64,000 nucleotides of DNA from positions 12,890 through 76,889 of the forward strand of contig CALWTF010000005.1 of NCBI GenBank assembly GCA_944384415.1. Reading direction: 5' to 3'. The number at the start of each line of letters is the position of its first letter. Position 1 is the stretch's first letter. The position numbers were made by a program, and so were the translations under genes. The notes under the pieces were generated by a model that did not search any database, had not been told where the DNA came from, and worked only from the letters and a program-made list of their open reading frames with translations. This stretch comes from an uncultured Clostridia bacterium (GTDB taxonomy: Bacteria; Bacillota; Clostridia; Christensenellales; UBA1242). Shown here piece by piece: positions 9,311 to 18,115 of this stretch.

Positions 9311-10159
9311 ATGAATGTAGAAATAAAAGAAGATTCCATAATAGTTGATAATTCAAATTGTTTTGAACCACAACAAATTTTAGAAAGTGGACAAATGTTT
9401 AGGTTTGAACAAAAAAATGGGGGTTGGCTGCTTAAAACTGAGGGTGAGTGTGCAAAAATTGTTAATTTAGGTGCAAAAAAGTGGAAAATTGAGTGCAAAA
9501 ACCCAAAATACTTTGTAAAATATTTTGACTTTGAGACAAACTATGATATAATACAAAACGAACTTAAAAAGTTTGAAGTTTGTAAAAAAGCTGTTGAATA
9601 TTCTTGGGGTGTCCGTATTTTAAAACAATCCGCATTTGAAACTTTGGTTTGTTTTATAATTTCCGCAAATAATAACATTACAAGAATAAAGAAAAGTGTT
9701 GAAAAAATTTGTGAAAAGTTTGGTTCAAAAACAAATTTTGGTTTTGCTTTTCCAACTTTACAACAACTTTTAAAAGCCACTGAAAGTGATTTTGTTGAAG
9801 CTGGCTTGGGTTACCGTGCTAAATATTTAGTGCAAACTTTACAGTCATTAAAAAATGGTTTTGATTTAGAAAAACTAAAAGAGTTACCTACAGATATTGC
9901 AAGAAAAAAACTTGAAAGTTTAGCTGGTATTGGTCCTAAAGTTGCTGATTGTATTTTGTTGTTTGGAATTGGAAAGAAAGATGTTTTTCCAGTTGATACT
10001 TGGATTGCAAAAGTTTGGCAAGACCAGTTTGGTGGACAAATAAAAAACCGTAGAAAAATTTCGCAAGAACTAGTTAAAAAGTTTGGAGATTTGTCTGGTA
10101 TTTGTCAACAGTATATGTTTTATTATAAACGGCAAACTAAAATAAAAGTGGAGGAATAA
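9311..10159 (+). CDS. ogg: 8-oxoguanine DNA glycosylase / HhH-GPD family base-excision glycosylase
   Basis: HhH-GPD signature LAGIGPKVADCILLFGIGKKDVFPVDTWI, with an OGG-like N-terminal domain. Confidence 0.8.
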   Translation: MNVEIKEDSIIVDNSNCFEPQQILESGQMFRFEQKNGGWLLKTEGECAKIVNLGAKKWKIECKNPKYFVKYFDFETNYDIIQNELKKFEVCKKAVEYSWGVRILKQSAFETLVCFIISANNNITRIKKSVEKICEKFGSKTNFGFAFPTLQQLLKATESDFVEAGLGYRAKYLVQTLQSLKNGFDLEKLKELPTDIARKKLESLAGIGPKVADCILLFGIGKKDVFPVDTWIAKVWQDQFGGQIKNRRKISQELVKKFGDLSGICQQYMFYYKRQTKIKVEE

Positions 10160-10161
10160 TT

Positions 10162-10824
10162 ATGAATATCGCTTTGTTTATTGACATTGACAACGCAAAA
10201 GTATCGTTACCTGTTTTTAATGACATAGTTCAACAACTTCGCAATAGAGGAAAGTTAAGCTATGTAAAAGTTTATGGTTTTAATGAAAGAAAACATATCC
10301 GCTTTGGTGAAGTGATAGAAGAAAATGGTTTTGAAACAGCTCCTACTATGCGTTTTAAGAAAAGGGCTAAGTCGCAACTTGACACTAGAATTTTTATTGA
10401 TGCAGTAAAACTTTTTTATACAAGTAAACACATAGATGAATACTGTTTTGTAACTGGTGTTGGTGATTTGGTTCCATTATTAAGTTTTTTACGCGCTGGT
10501 GGTAAAAATTTATTAACTGTTGCCAGTGAAACACCTGATGGTAATGACCATATGTATGATGCCAAATTGGTACTTGATGTTAACTATACAAAACCTACAA
10601 AAATGACTAAAAGCCAATTGAATGAAAAAGTTGCTGCAATTAGTAAGCGTTCACAAGAGATAATGAATAGTGAAGATGAAGATGATGATAAAATTCAAAG
10701 TCAAAGAAATGCATTAGTAAAAGAAATTGAAGAATTACTTGAAGATAAACCAGAGGATTTAGATGAACAAGAAGAGGAAATGTTTTCATCTTTAGAAAGC
10801 TTGTTAGAAATATTAAAAATATAA
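10162..10824 (+). CDS. NYN/LabA-like domain protein with acidic C-terminal tail
   Basis: N-terminus IALFIDIDNAKV...VKVYG...CFVTGVGDLVPLLSFLRAGGKN resembles NYN (LabA-like) nuclease domains. The C-terminal 60 aa are D/E-rich. The start is 2 nt after the ogg stop. Confidence 0.55.
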   Translation: MNIALFIDIDNAKVSLPVFNDIVQQLRNRGKLSYVKVYGFNERKHIRFGEVIEENGFETAPTMRFKKRAKSQLDTRIFIDAVKLFYTSKHIDEYCFVTGVGDLVPLLSFLRAGGKNLLTVASETPDGNDHMYDAKLVLDVNYTKPTKMTKSQLNEKVAAISKRSQEIMNSEDEDDDKIQSQRNALVKEIEELLEDKPEDLDEQEEEMFSSLESLLEILKI

Positions 10825-10852
10825 AAAACCGAGTTAAACAACTCGGTTTTTT
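10823..10852. terminator. Bidirectional terminator
   Basis: aaaaaaccgagtt-aaac-aactcggtttttt, a perfect 13-bp stem between convergent genes. Confidence 0.85.
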
Positions 10853-10863
10853 ATATGGATTAA

Positions 10864-11670
10864 TTAACGATGCTTTAGTACAATTTTTTCTAACAATGAA
10901 ACTAATAAATACATTATAGAAGCAAGAACGCAAAGTAAAATTGTGCTTGCCATAACCAAATCAAGTTTAAATACCTGGCTTCCATAAACTATTAGGTAAC
11001 CTAGTCCTGCGGAACTTACTAGATATTCACCAATAATAGTTCCAACCCAACTCATTCCAACATTAATTTTTAACACTGAAATGAAGCCAGGAATGGCTGA
11101 TGGTAAAATCAACTTAAACAAAATTTGAAATTTATTAGCACCCATCGAACGCATTAAAAGAATTTTTTCTTTATCACATTCTAAAAAATTATTAAGCATA
11201 GAGATTATTGTTATAATAATCAAAATTAAAACACAAATGGCAATTATACTTTGCATTCCAGCACCAATCCAAATTATAATCAGTGGACCAAGTGCAATCT
11301 TTGGTAAACTGTTTAAAACTACGATATATGGGTCAAGAATTTTTCGCAGTGTTTCGCTCCACCAAAGGATAATGGCAATAAAAGTTCCTAAGATTGTGGC
11401 TATTAAAAAACCTAAAATTGTTTCTAATAATGTTATACCAATATGATAAAACAATACACCACTTTCATATAAATTATAAATAGAGGCTAATACTCGAGAT
11501 GGAGTGCTGGTAATAAAGGTGTTTATCCAACCTAGACTGCCTGCAATTTCCCAAAGGGCAATAAAAATTATAAGAATTGCAAATTGACAAATTGTAACAC
11601 TTATTTTTTTATTTCTTCTTTTATTTAGCCATTTTTTGTGTTCAATAGAATAATCAATGGACTTCTTCAT
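10864..11670 (-). CDS. ABC transporter permease (NitT/TauT-SsuC type)
   Basis: Six predicted TM segments and the BPD_transp_1-like loop MRSMGANKFQILFKLILPSAIP. It overlaps the upstream ATPase gene by 17 nt. Confidence 0.85.
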   Translation of the reverse strand: MKKSIDYSIEHKKWLNKRRNKKISVTICQFAILIIFIALWEIAGSLGWINTFITSTPSRVLASIYNLYESGVLFYHIGITLLETILGFLIATILGTFIAIILWWSETLRKILDPYIVVLNSLPKIALGPLIIIWIGAGMQSIIAICVLILIIITIISMLNNFLECDKEKILLMRSMGANKFQILFKLILPSAIPGFISVLKINVGMSWVGTIIGEYLVSSAGLGYLIVYGSQVFKLDLVMASTILLCVLASIMYLLVSLLEKIVLKHR

Positions 11671-12424
11671 TATTGTTTAACTCCTTCCAAATTTCATTTT
11701 TTAATTTTGTAAAATTTGGATTTTTCTTTTTCTGTGAAGGATTACCTTGTTTAGAAAAAGGAATTTTGAATATTTTTTTTATGGTGGCTGGTCTTTTTGT
11801 TAGAACCACAACTGTGTCAGCCATACTTATTGCTTCTTCTAAATCGTGTGTTACCAAAATTGAAGTTTTATTTTCATTTTTGATAATCGTTGCGACATCA
11901 TCAACAACCGATTGGCGAGTTTGATAGTCTAAAGCACTGAATGGTTCATCTAATAAAAGTAGGTTAGGTTTTGTAACTAAAGTTCTTATTAGTGCCACTC
12001 TTTGACGCATACCACCGCTTAATTCGTGTGGATATTTGTTTTTAAAATCAGTAAGGCCATATTTATCTATTAAACTATTTAAATAATCTTTGCTTTCTTG
12101 TGTTTTATCTTTGGTTATTTCTAAACCAAGCTTTACATTTTGTAATATGCTTCTCCAAGAAAAAAGTTGGTCTCGTTGAAACATATAACCAATGCTTCGT
12201 GGATTTGACACTGTTTCACCATTTAATAAAACTTTTCCGCTTGATGGTTTTAGTATACCAGAAATTAAAGATAAAATTGTTGTTTTACCACAACCAGATG
12301 GTCCAACAATTGCTACAAATTCACCTTTGTCAATACAAAGAGAAATGTTTTGTAAAGCAACAGTTTCGCCTGATGTTGAATGGTAATTAAAAAAAACTTT
12401 ATCAAATTCTAATATGGGTTCCAT
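11654..12424 (-). CDS. ABC transporter ATP-binding protein (NitT/TauT-SsuB type)
   Basis: Walker A GPSGCGKTT, signature LSGGMRQRVAL, Walker B LLLLDEPFSALD. Confidence 0.92.
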   Translation of the reverse strand: MEPILEFDKVFFNYHSTSGETVALQNISLCIDKGEFVAIVGPSGCGKTTILSLISGILKPSSGKVLLNGETVSNPRSIGYMFQRDQLFSWRSILQNVKLGLEITKDKTQESKDYLNSLIDKYGLTDFKNKYPHELSGGMRQRVALIRTLVTKPNLLLLDEPFSALDYQTRQSVVDDVATIIKNENKTSILVTHDLEEAISMADTVVVLTKRPATIKKIFKIPFSKQGNPSQKKKNPNFTKLKNEIWKELNNNEEVH

Positions 12425-12517
12425 AATATCTCCTGTAACTAATCCACATTGTCAGTATATTAACTGTGCAAAAAAAATGTTAAAAAAACGGAATAATTTC
12501 CGTTTTTTTATTGTTTT

Positions 12518-13513
12518 TTATTTTAAATTAAGTTCTTTTTCAATCTTTAATGCTATAGTATTATCTACAACTTTATCAAAATCTACACTTCCTTCAAGTT
12601 CTCCTGCAAATCTAACAATATTTTGTAGATGATTATAATCGGTGGTATTTAAAACAGGTGTAGTTGCCCAAGCATTTATTGCTTTATAACTTATTACGCT
12701 TTTTTCAATATCTTCTCTGCTTGTATCAGGAAAACTTGGTAATAAAGCATCAATTATATCATTCATACTAGCTGTGTATAAAAATTGATATCCTTTAAAA
12801 ACTGCTTTTAAAAATTTTTCTGCTTTTTCACTATTTTCGCTTAAAAATTTTTCAGTTGCTAAAAATCCTGTATAAGGAACATTTCCACCAAGTTCACCTA
12901 TACTTGCTACAATATATCCGTTTCCTGTTGCTTGGTAAGCACTTGCAGTTGGTTCAAACATTGTACAATAATCACCAAGCCCGCCTTCGAAAGCTCCAAC
13001 CATATTAGCAAAGCTAATATCTAAATTTAATGTGTAATCTATATCGGCTTCAAGACCAGCTAAGTGTAAAGCATATTGTAGTGTCATTGCAGGCATACCA
13101 CCTTGTCTACCTGCTAAAATTTCTTTACCTCGTAAATCGGTTAATTCAAATTCGGTTTCCTCATTTCTTGAAAGCAAGAAAGAACCATCACAAGATGTTA
13201 ATTGAGCAAACACTTTTGGTGTATTAGCACCTTGTCTTGCTGCATATATAGCTGTTTCTGGTCCAGCTAAACCAATATCGGCTTGATTTGCTAGTACCGA
13301 TGTCATAACTTTATCTGAACCATTAACATTATTAAGTTCAATTTCTAGTCCTTCGTCGTTAAAAAAGCCTTCATTGATTGCTACATAAAGTGGGGCATAA
13401 AATATGCTATGAGTAACTTCGCTTACTCTAATTTTATTTCCGCCATCACCACAGCCAACAAAGCACATAACGCTTGCCATAATACAGGCAAACATAAAAG
13501 CAAACTTTTTCAT
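12518..13513 (-). CDS. ABC transporter substrate-binding lipoprotein (NMT1/THI5-SsuA-like)
   Basis: The preferred start is MKKFAFMFACIMASVMCFVGC|GDGG (lipobox FVGC, RBS GGAGGA) at 13513, not the ORF-track start at 13558. Periplasmic-binding fold pattern ...IGLAGPETAIYA.... Confidence 0.8.
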   Translation of the reverse strand: MKKFAFMFACIMASVMCFVGCGDGGNKIRVSEVTHSIFYAPLYVAINEGFFNDEGLEIELNNVNGSDKVMTSVLANQADIGLAGPETAIYAARQGANTPKVFAQLTSCDGSFLLSRNEETEFELTDLRGKEILAGRQGGMPAMTLQYALHLAGLEADIDYTLNLDISFANMVGAFEGGLGDYCTMFEPTASAYQATGNGYIVASIGELGGNVPYTGFLATEKFLSENSEKAEKFLKAVFKGYQFLYTASMNDIIDALLPSFPDTSREDIEKSVISYKAINAWATTPVLNTTDYNHLQNIVRFAGELEGSVDFDKVVDNTIALKIEKELNLK

Positions 13514-13636
13514 TTTAATCCTCCATAATATTTTGGTTATTTTATTCATAAAGCACAATATTTGTTAATTTACTTGATTAATACTTAAAAAAAGTGTATA
13601 ATACAATAATTACTAATTTATTTACAAGTTGGGGTA

Positions 13637-14242
13637 GTGATGCAAGAAAAATTTGAAAAAGGAAAAGTTTTTACAGTTCCAAACATACTTTCAATATTTA
13701 GAATTCTTTTGGTTCCTTTATTTATGATTGCATTTTTTTGTTGGAGTCAATCACAAAACTATATTGTGGCAATGATTATATTTCTTGTTGCAAGCTTTAC
13801 CGATTTATTAGATGGAATTATTGCTCGTGAAACAAATCAAATTTCAAGTTTAGGAATGGTTCTTGACCCACTTGCTGATAAGCTTTTAAAAATGGGTGCT
13901 TTAATTTGTTTTACTGTTGTAAATATAATTCCTGTGTGGTTTACTGTTGTTTTAATAGTGCTTGATTTTGCAATGATTGTTACAGGTTTAATTTTATATG
14001 AGTTCAAAATATCTATTCCTAGCAATATATTTGGTAAAATGGGTACTTTTACAATGTTTGTTGGCTTTTTATTGTGTTTCTTTAATGAAACAGTTTATCC
14101 GTGGAATATGTGTGTTTTGTATGCAGGGCTTATAATTATAATTATAAGCATTATAGTATATATAGTTGTTAACAAAGACAAAGTTTTTTCAAAGAGAAAA
14201 ATTGGCAGAAAAAAAGTTAGTATTGACAAAAATGATAATTAA
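13637..14242 (+). CDS. pgsA: CDP-diacylglycerol--glycerol-3-phosphate 3-phosphatidyltransferase
   Basis: CDP-alcohol phosphatidyltransferase motif D-LL-DG-II-AR-x8-G-x3-D-x3-D (FTDLLDGIIARETNQISSLGMVLDPLADK). The start is the GTG at 13637 or the ATG at 13640. Confidence 0.88.
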   Translation: MMQEKFEKGKVFTVPNILSIFRILLVPLFMIAFFCWSQSQNYIVAMIIFLVASFTDLLDGIIARETNQISSLGMVLDPLADKLLKMGALICFTVVNIIPVWFTVVLIVLDFAMIVTGLILYEFKISIPSNIFGKMGTFTMFVGFLLCFFNETVYPWNMCVLYAGLIIIIISIIVYIVVNKDKVFSKRKIGRKKVSIDKNDN

Positions 14243-14277
14243 TGTTATAATACAATAGAGTTAAAGGGGTAATAAGT

Positions 14278-14556
14278 ATGAGTATTAATTTATTAGCTGA
14301 GGGTAGTTTGACTGAGTTTTTATCAAATTGGGTTATAATTGTAGCAATTATTTTACTTATTTTAGGAATAGCACTGTCTATGATTACTGGTAAAATAGTG
14401 AAAGTTATCGAAAATAATAATAATTTAAGTCGTGAACAGAAAAAGCAAAAATCTGAATATGTTAGTAAAATTTTAAAACTAATTTCAGTTTTGTTAATTT
14501 TGGTAGGTTTTGTATTTTTTGTTGTTGGTGCTGCTGTAATGGGTGGTATTTTTTAG
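14278..14556 (+). CDS. Small two-TM membrane protein (92 aa)
   Basis: RBS aaaggggt. Two hydrophobic helices flank a K/E/Q-rich loop. Confidence 0.5.
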   Translation: MSINLLAEGSLTEFLSNWVIIVAIILLILGIALSMITGKIVKVIENNNNLSREQKKQKSEYVSKILKLISVLLILVGFVFFVVGAAVMGGIF

Positions 14557-14562
14557 AAATAT

Positions 14563-14599
14563 AAAAGTCAGTTTGGTGTAACTGACTTTTTATTTTTTT
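14563..14599 (+). terminator. Rho-independent terminator
   Basis: aaaagtcagt-ttggtgta-actgactttt followed by tattttttt. Confidence 0.75.
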
Positions 14600-14625
14600 G
14601 ACAAAACAAGTGTAAAATAAACATA

Positions 14626-14670
14626 AAGCGAGTAAACACTTGCTTTTTATTTTTTTAATTTTTATTTTTT
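14626..14670 (+). terminator. Second terminator-like hairpin upstream of spoIIGA
   Basis: 8-bp stem aagcgagt/acttgctt (one G-U pair), loop aaac, then a long T-rich tail. It lies only about 30 nt after the previous terminator. Confidence 0.4.
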
Positions 14671-14713
14671 TTGTTTTACAATAAAAACATAAGCAAAATT
14701 GTAGAGGTTTGCT

Positions 14714-15535
14714 ATGGTTGTTTTTGTTGAGGCTGTTTTATTGGATAATCTGGTTATTGATGCTGTTTTGTTGTGGTTGGTTTTATTAACATTAAGGTTG
14801 AAAGTTAATGTAACCGGATTAATTTTAGCAAGCATTTTTGGTGCTGGCTTTGCTTTAACTTCACCTTTATTAAGTTTTGGTGGAATTTTGGGTTTTTTAA
14901 TTAAAATAGTAGTAGCAATTATTATGTGTGTAATGCTTTGTTTAAATTTTAAAAAAATTTTTTATAAAAGCGTTTTGTTTGTTATTTATACCTTTGCGTT
15001 TGGTGGTTTATTAATTGCTGTGTTTAATTTTTTAAGTGTACCTACAGTATCAGGTTTAAATGTAGGATATGTTTCAAATTATCCACTGGGAGCAATTTTT
15101 GCACTTTTGCTGTTATTTGTTGTATTAATGTTTCTGATGATAAAAAAGCATCATAAAGCAAAAAAATTTGATTCATTGTGTAAAAATGTTTTATTAAAAA
15201 TTAACAACAAATCAAACTTGGTTCAAGGATTTTGCGATAGTGGTAATGTTTTAGAATCAAGCAATGGCAGACCTGTTCTGGTTTTAAATCCAAATTCGCT
15301 AAATAGGTGGTTTAATGCACAAGATGAACTTAAGCTATTTTTAAACAAGCCATTCGATTCATTGAGTAATTGTGAAACTATAACTATAAATTCTGCTTGT
15401 GGAAGTGAAAAAATGTTATTGTTTGAGGCTCAAAGTTGTATAATAGATGGTATTGATTATGAGGTTATGATAGGTGTTTCAAAAAAGCAAATTGGAAATT
15501 TTGATTTAATTTTAAATTCTAAATTGGTGGTGTAA
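14714..15535 (+). CDS. spoIIGA: Sigma-E processing peptidase SpoIIGA
   Basis: Five N-terminal TM segments plus the aspartic-protease motif GFCDSGNVL. It sits immediately upstream of sigE with a 1-nt gap. Confidence 0.88.
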   Translation: MVVFVEAVLLDNLVIDAVLLWLVLLTLRLKVNVTGLILASIFGAGFALTSPLLSFGGILGFLIKIVVAIIMCVMLCLNFKKIFYKSVLFVIYTFAFGGLLIAVFNFLSVPTVSGLNVGYVSNYPLGAIFALLLLFVVLMFLMIKKHHKAKKFDSLCKNVLLKINNKSNLVQGFCDSGNVLESSNGRPVLVLNPNSLNRWFNAQDELKLFLNKPFDSLSNCETITINSACGSEKMLLFEAQSCIIDGIDYEVMIGVSKKQIGNFDLILNSKLVV

Positions 15536-15536
15536 A

Positions 15537-16253
15537 ATGTTTGAAAAAATGTTTAAAAAGTTATTTAAAAGATTGTTTGTGAATTATGATTTTACAGATG
15601 AACAACTTTTACTTTTTTTATGCAATAATGAAAGTTTACCAAATCCATTAACGGCGGAAGAAGAGAAAGAGTATATTATTAGATTGAAAAATGGAGATGT
15701 GGAAGCAAAAAACATTTTGATTGAAAGAAATTTAAGATTAGTAGTATATATTGCTAAAAAGTTTGAAAATACAGGCGTTGAGTTAGATGATTTAATTTCA
15801 GTTGGTTCAATAGGGCTTATAAAGGCAGTAAACACTTATAATTTGGGAAAAAATATAAAACTAGCAACATATGCTAGTAGATGTGTTGAAAATGAAATTT
15901 TAATGTATTTAAGAAAATCTTCTAAACAAAAAAAAGAAACTTCACTTGATAAACCGCTATCTTTAGATGGTGATGGTAATGAGCTTTTGTTAGGAGATAT
16001 AATTGGTGTTGAAGCTGATGAGATTTTTTCAGGAATGGAAACATCAATAGAAAAAGAAGCTGTTTGGAAAGTGGTTTCTGGTTTAAATGAAAGGGAACGG
16101 GAAATTATAAAAATGCGTTTTGGCCTTTTGAATGAAGAGGAAAAAACTCAAAAAGAGGTAGCTGATATGTTACATATTTCTCAAAGTTATATATCAAGAA
16201 TTGAAAAGAAAATTTTAAATAAAATGAAGAAGAATATAAATAAACACTTATAA
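15537..16253 (+). CDS. sigE: Sporulation sigma factor E (pro-sigma-E)
   Basis: N-terminal pro-sequence MFEKMFKKLFKRLF... followed by ...ESLPNPLTAEEEKEYIIRLKNGD. Sigma-70 regions 2 (NLRLVVYIAKKF) and 4 (TQKEVADMLHISQSYISRIEKK) are present. Confidence 0.92.
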   Translation: MFEKMFKKLFKRLFVNYDFTDEQLLLFLCNNESLPNPLTAEEEKEYIIRLKNGDVEAKNILIERNLRLVVYIAKKFENTGVELDDLISVGSIGLIKAVNTYNLGKNIKLATYASRCVENEILMYLRKSSKQKKETSLDKPLSLDGDGNELLLGDIIGVEADEIFSGMETSIEKEAVWKVVSGLNEREREIIKMRFGLLNEEEKTQKEVADMLHISQSYISRIEKKILNKMKKNINKHL

Positions 16254-16278
16254 ATAAAAATAAAAAAGCACACAGGTG

Positions 16279-17055
16279 CTATAATAAAAATTTTTCAACA
16301 ACTTTTAATGCGTTTTTTTCCAAACGACTAACTTGTGCTTGGCTGATTCCAATTTCGTTACTAACTTCAACCTGTGTTTTGCCTACATAATATCTTAGTA
16401 ATAAAATCTTTTTTTCTCGTTCAGATAATGTTGTAATTGCATCATTAATTGCAACATTATTTAACCATTTTTCATCAGTGCTTTGTTCATCTTTTATGTG
16501 GTCAACTAAAAGTGATGCTTCTAGGTCATTATTATATAACGGTTCTTCTAACGACATTGGGTCACTAATTGCATCTAGTGCACTTATCACTTGATGATAT
16601 GGTACTTGCATATCATTAGCTATTTCTTCAAGTGTAGCTTCTCTTTGTAAATTATTTTCTAATTTTTCTCGTGATTGTAATGCTCTGTATGCAATGTCTC
16701 GTAAACTACGACTTACTCTTACTGGATTATTGTCACGCATAAATCTACGAATTTCACCAATAATCATTGGTACAGCATATGTTGAAAATCTTACATTTAA
16801 AGAGATATCAAAATTGTCAATTGCTTTAATTAGACCTACACAACCAACTTGAAATAAATCATCTTGGAAATTTGGTTTTCTCATAATAAATCTTTGTATA
16901 ACAGAAAGTACTAATCTTAAATTAGCATATATAAATTTTTGTTTGCTATCTTCATCTCCTTGTTTTATTGCTAACATTAATTCATTCATTTCTTTTGGTG
17001 ATAAAGTAGGTAAATCATTTGTATTTATACCACATATTACAACCTTATTTGACAT
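16279..17055 (-). CDS. sigG: Sporulation sigma factor G
   Basis: NKVVICGINTNDLPTLSPKEMNELM..., NLRLVLSVIQRF, DDLFQVGCVGLIKAIDNFD and NNPVRVSRSLRDIAYRALQ closely follow B. subtilis SigG as I recall it, and match it better than SigF. Confidence 0.9.
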   Translation of the reverse strand: MSNKVVICGINTNDLPTLSPKEMNELMLAIKQGDEDSKQKFIYANLRLVLSVIQRFIMRKPNFQDDLFQVGCVGLIKAIDNFDISLNVRFSTYAVPMIIGEIRRFMRDNNPVRVSRSLRDIAYRALQSREKLENNLQREATLEEIANDMQVPYHQVISALDAISDPMSLEEPLYNNDLEASLLVDHIKDEQSTDEKWLNNVAINDAITTLSEREKKILLLRYYVGKTQVEVSNEIGISQAQVSRLEKNALKVVEKFLL

Positions 17056-17328
17056 ATTTATTATCCTTTTAAATTATATCAAAATTAGGTTTGACTAATA
17101 ACTATAAAAATATGCAACAAAAATCAAAATGATTATAAAATAAGTTTTTAATTTGCAAAAAAAAATGCAAAAAATCTTTAAAAATGGCACATTTTCGATT
17201 ATTTTCTACAAAATTTTAATAAAAAACGACAATAAATTTAAAAAATATTTTAAATTATCATAGATTTTTTGCTTGTTTATCATTTATTATGTATTCTTGT
17301 TTTATATAAAAAAAAGGATAAAATTATT

Positions 17329-18093
17329 ATGATAAACTTTATATTAATTTCACCAAATGAAATGTTGAAAAATAAATTTAAATTGGTGTGTAAAAATTTA
17401 GAAAATGTTAATTTTTTAAATTCATTTTTTGATGATAAAAGTGCATATGTTTGGATGCAGAATTTTGATGTTGATTTTGTGTTTTTGGATTTATTTTTAT
17501 TTGATGCAGATGCTATAAGTTTTTCTGAAAAAATTGTTAGAGAATTTTCTGGAATTAATGTTATTTTAGTAAGTGATTTTTTATCAAAAGAAATTATAGA
17601 ATGTGCAAAACAAATAGGAATAAAAAATATTATTACTACAAATATATCTGAAAATATTTTGTGTGAAATATTTTCTATACAACACGATAAATTCATTAAC
17701 AATAATTTAAATGCTAATAATGTACAAATTGGTTGTAATACATTTAAGTTGATGGAAGAAAAAATAGCATTGATATGCTTAAAAGCTGGCATTTCTCCTA
17801 GAAATTTAGGGTATTCTTATTTTAAAGAAGCCATAAAGATTACAGTTTACAATCCTGATGTTATGGGGAAAATAACTAAAGAACTTTATCCTATGGTTGC
17901 TAAAAAATTTGATACAACTGCTAGTAGGGTAGAACGAGCATTGCGTCATGCTATTGATGTGGCAAGTTTAAGTGATGGATTTAAAAAATTGGATGAAATT
18001 TTAGGTTGTAGTTTGGTTGCATCAAATCGAAGATTAACGAGCAGTGAATTTATAGCTTTAGTAGCAGATAAAATATCACTAGAAATATTATAA
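17329..18093 (+). CDS. spo0A: Spo0A-like regulator: conserved Spo0A C-terminal DNA-binding domain, degenerate receiver domain
   Basis: The C-terminus ITKELYPMVAKKFDTTASRVERALRHAIDVA...TSSEFIALVADKISLE is the Spo0A_C signature. The preferred start is MINFILIS at 17329 (RBS aaaagga), not the ORF-track start at 17269. The receiver lacks the DD pair and the conserved Lys (see findings). Confidence 0.85.
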   Translation: MINFILISPNEMLKNKFKLVCKNLENVNFLNSFFDDKSAYVWMQNFDVDFVFLDLFLFDADAISFSEKIVREFSGINVILVSDFLSKEIIECAKQIGIKNIITTNISENILCEIFSIQHDKFINNNLNANNVQIGCNTFKLMEEKIALICLKAGISPRNLGYSYFKEAIKITVYNPDVMGKITKELYPMVAKKFDTTASRVERALRHAIDVASLSDGFKKLDEILGCSLVASNRRLTSSEFIALVADKISLEIL

Positions 18094-18115
18094 TTTTTTA
18101 AATTAAATTTATATT

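Noticed and set aside
13514-13636. TPP or other riboswitch upstream of the NMT1/THI5-like ABC importer
   Set aside because: There are only about 120 nt of extremely AT-rich sequence, shared with the divergent pgsA promoter. There is no CUGAGA-type TPP core and no stable helices.
17056-17130. Promoters for sigG: a perfect extended -10 TGATATAAT (minus strand, 17073-17081) and an upstream TGCATA (17111-17116) resembling a sigma-F/G -35
   Set aside because: The TGATATAAT lies so close to the ATG that transcription would start inside the RBS. The TGCATA has only a poor -10 partner (CAAACCTA) at the expected spacing. Neither can be called with confidence from sequence alone.
17190-17240. Spo0A boxes upstream of the spo0A-like gene (ttttcgatta, aaaacgacaat)
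   Set aside because: Each matches only 5 of 7 positions of TGTCGAA/TTCGACA, which is expected by chance in AT-rich DNA.
17280-17792. 170-aa minus-strand ORF, plus many other antisense ORFs of 60-113 aa in the ORF track (for example 24-365, 3146-3436, 12100-12390, 55317-55526, 58245-58547, 59603-59851)
   Set aside because: All lie antisense inside genes with strong family signatures. They have low-complexity F/I/L/K/N-rich translations, as expected by chance in a genome this AT-rich, and no RBS or promoter support.
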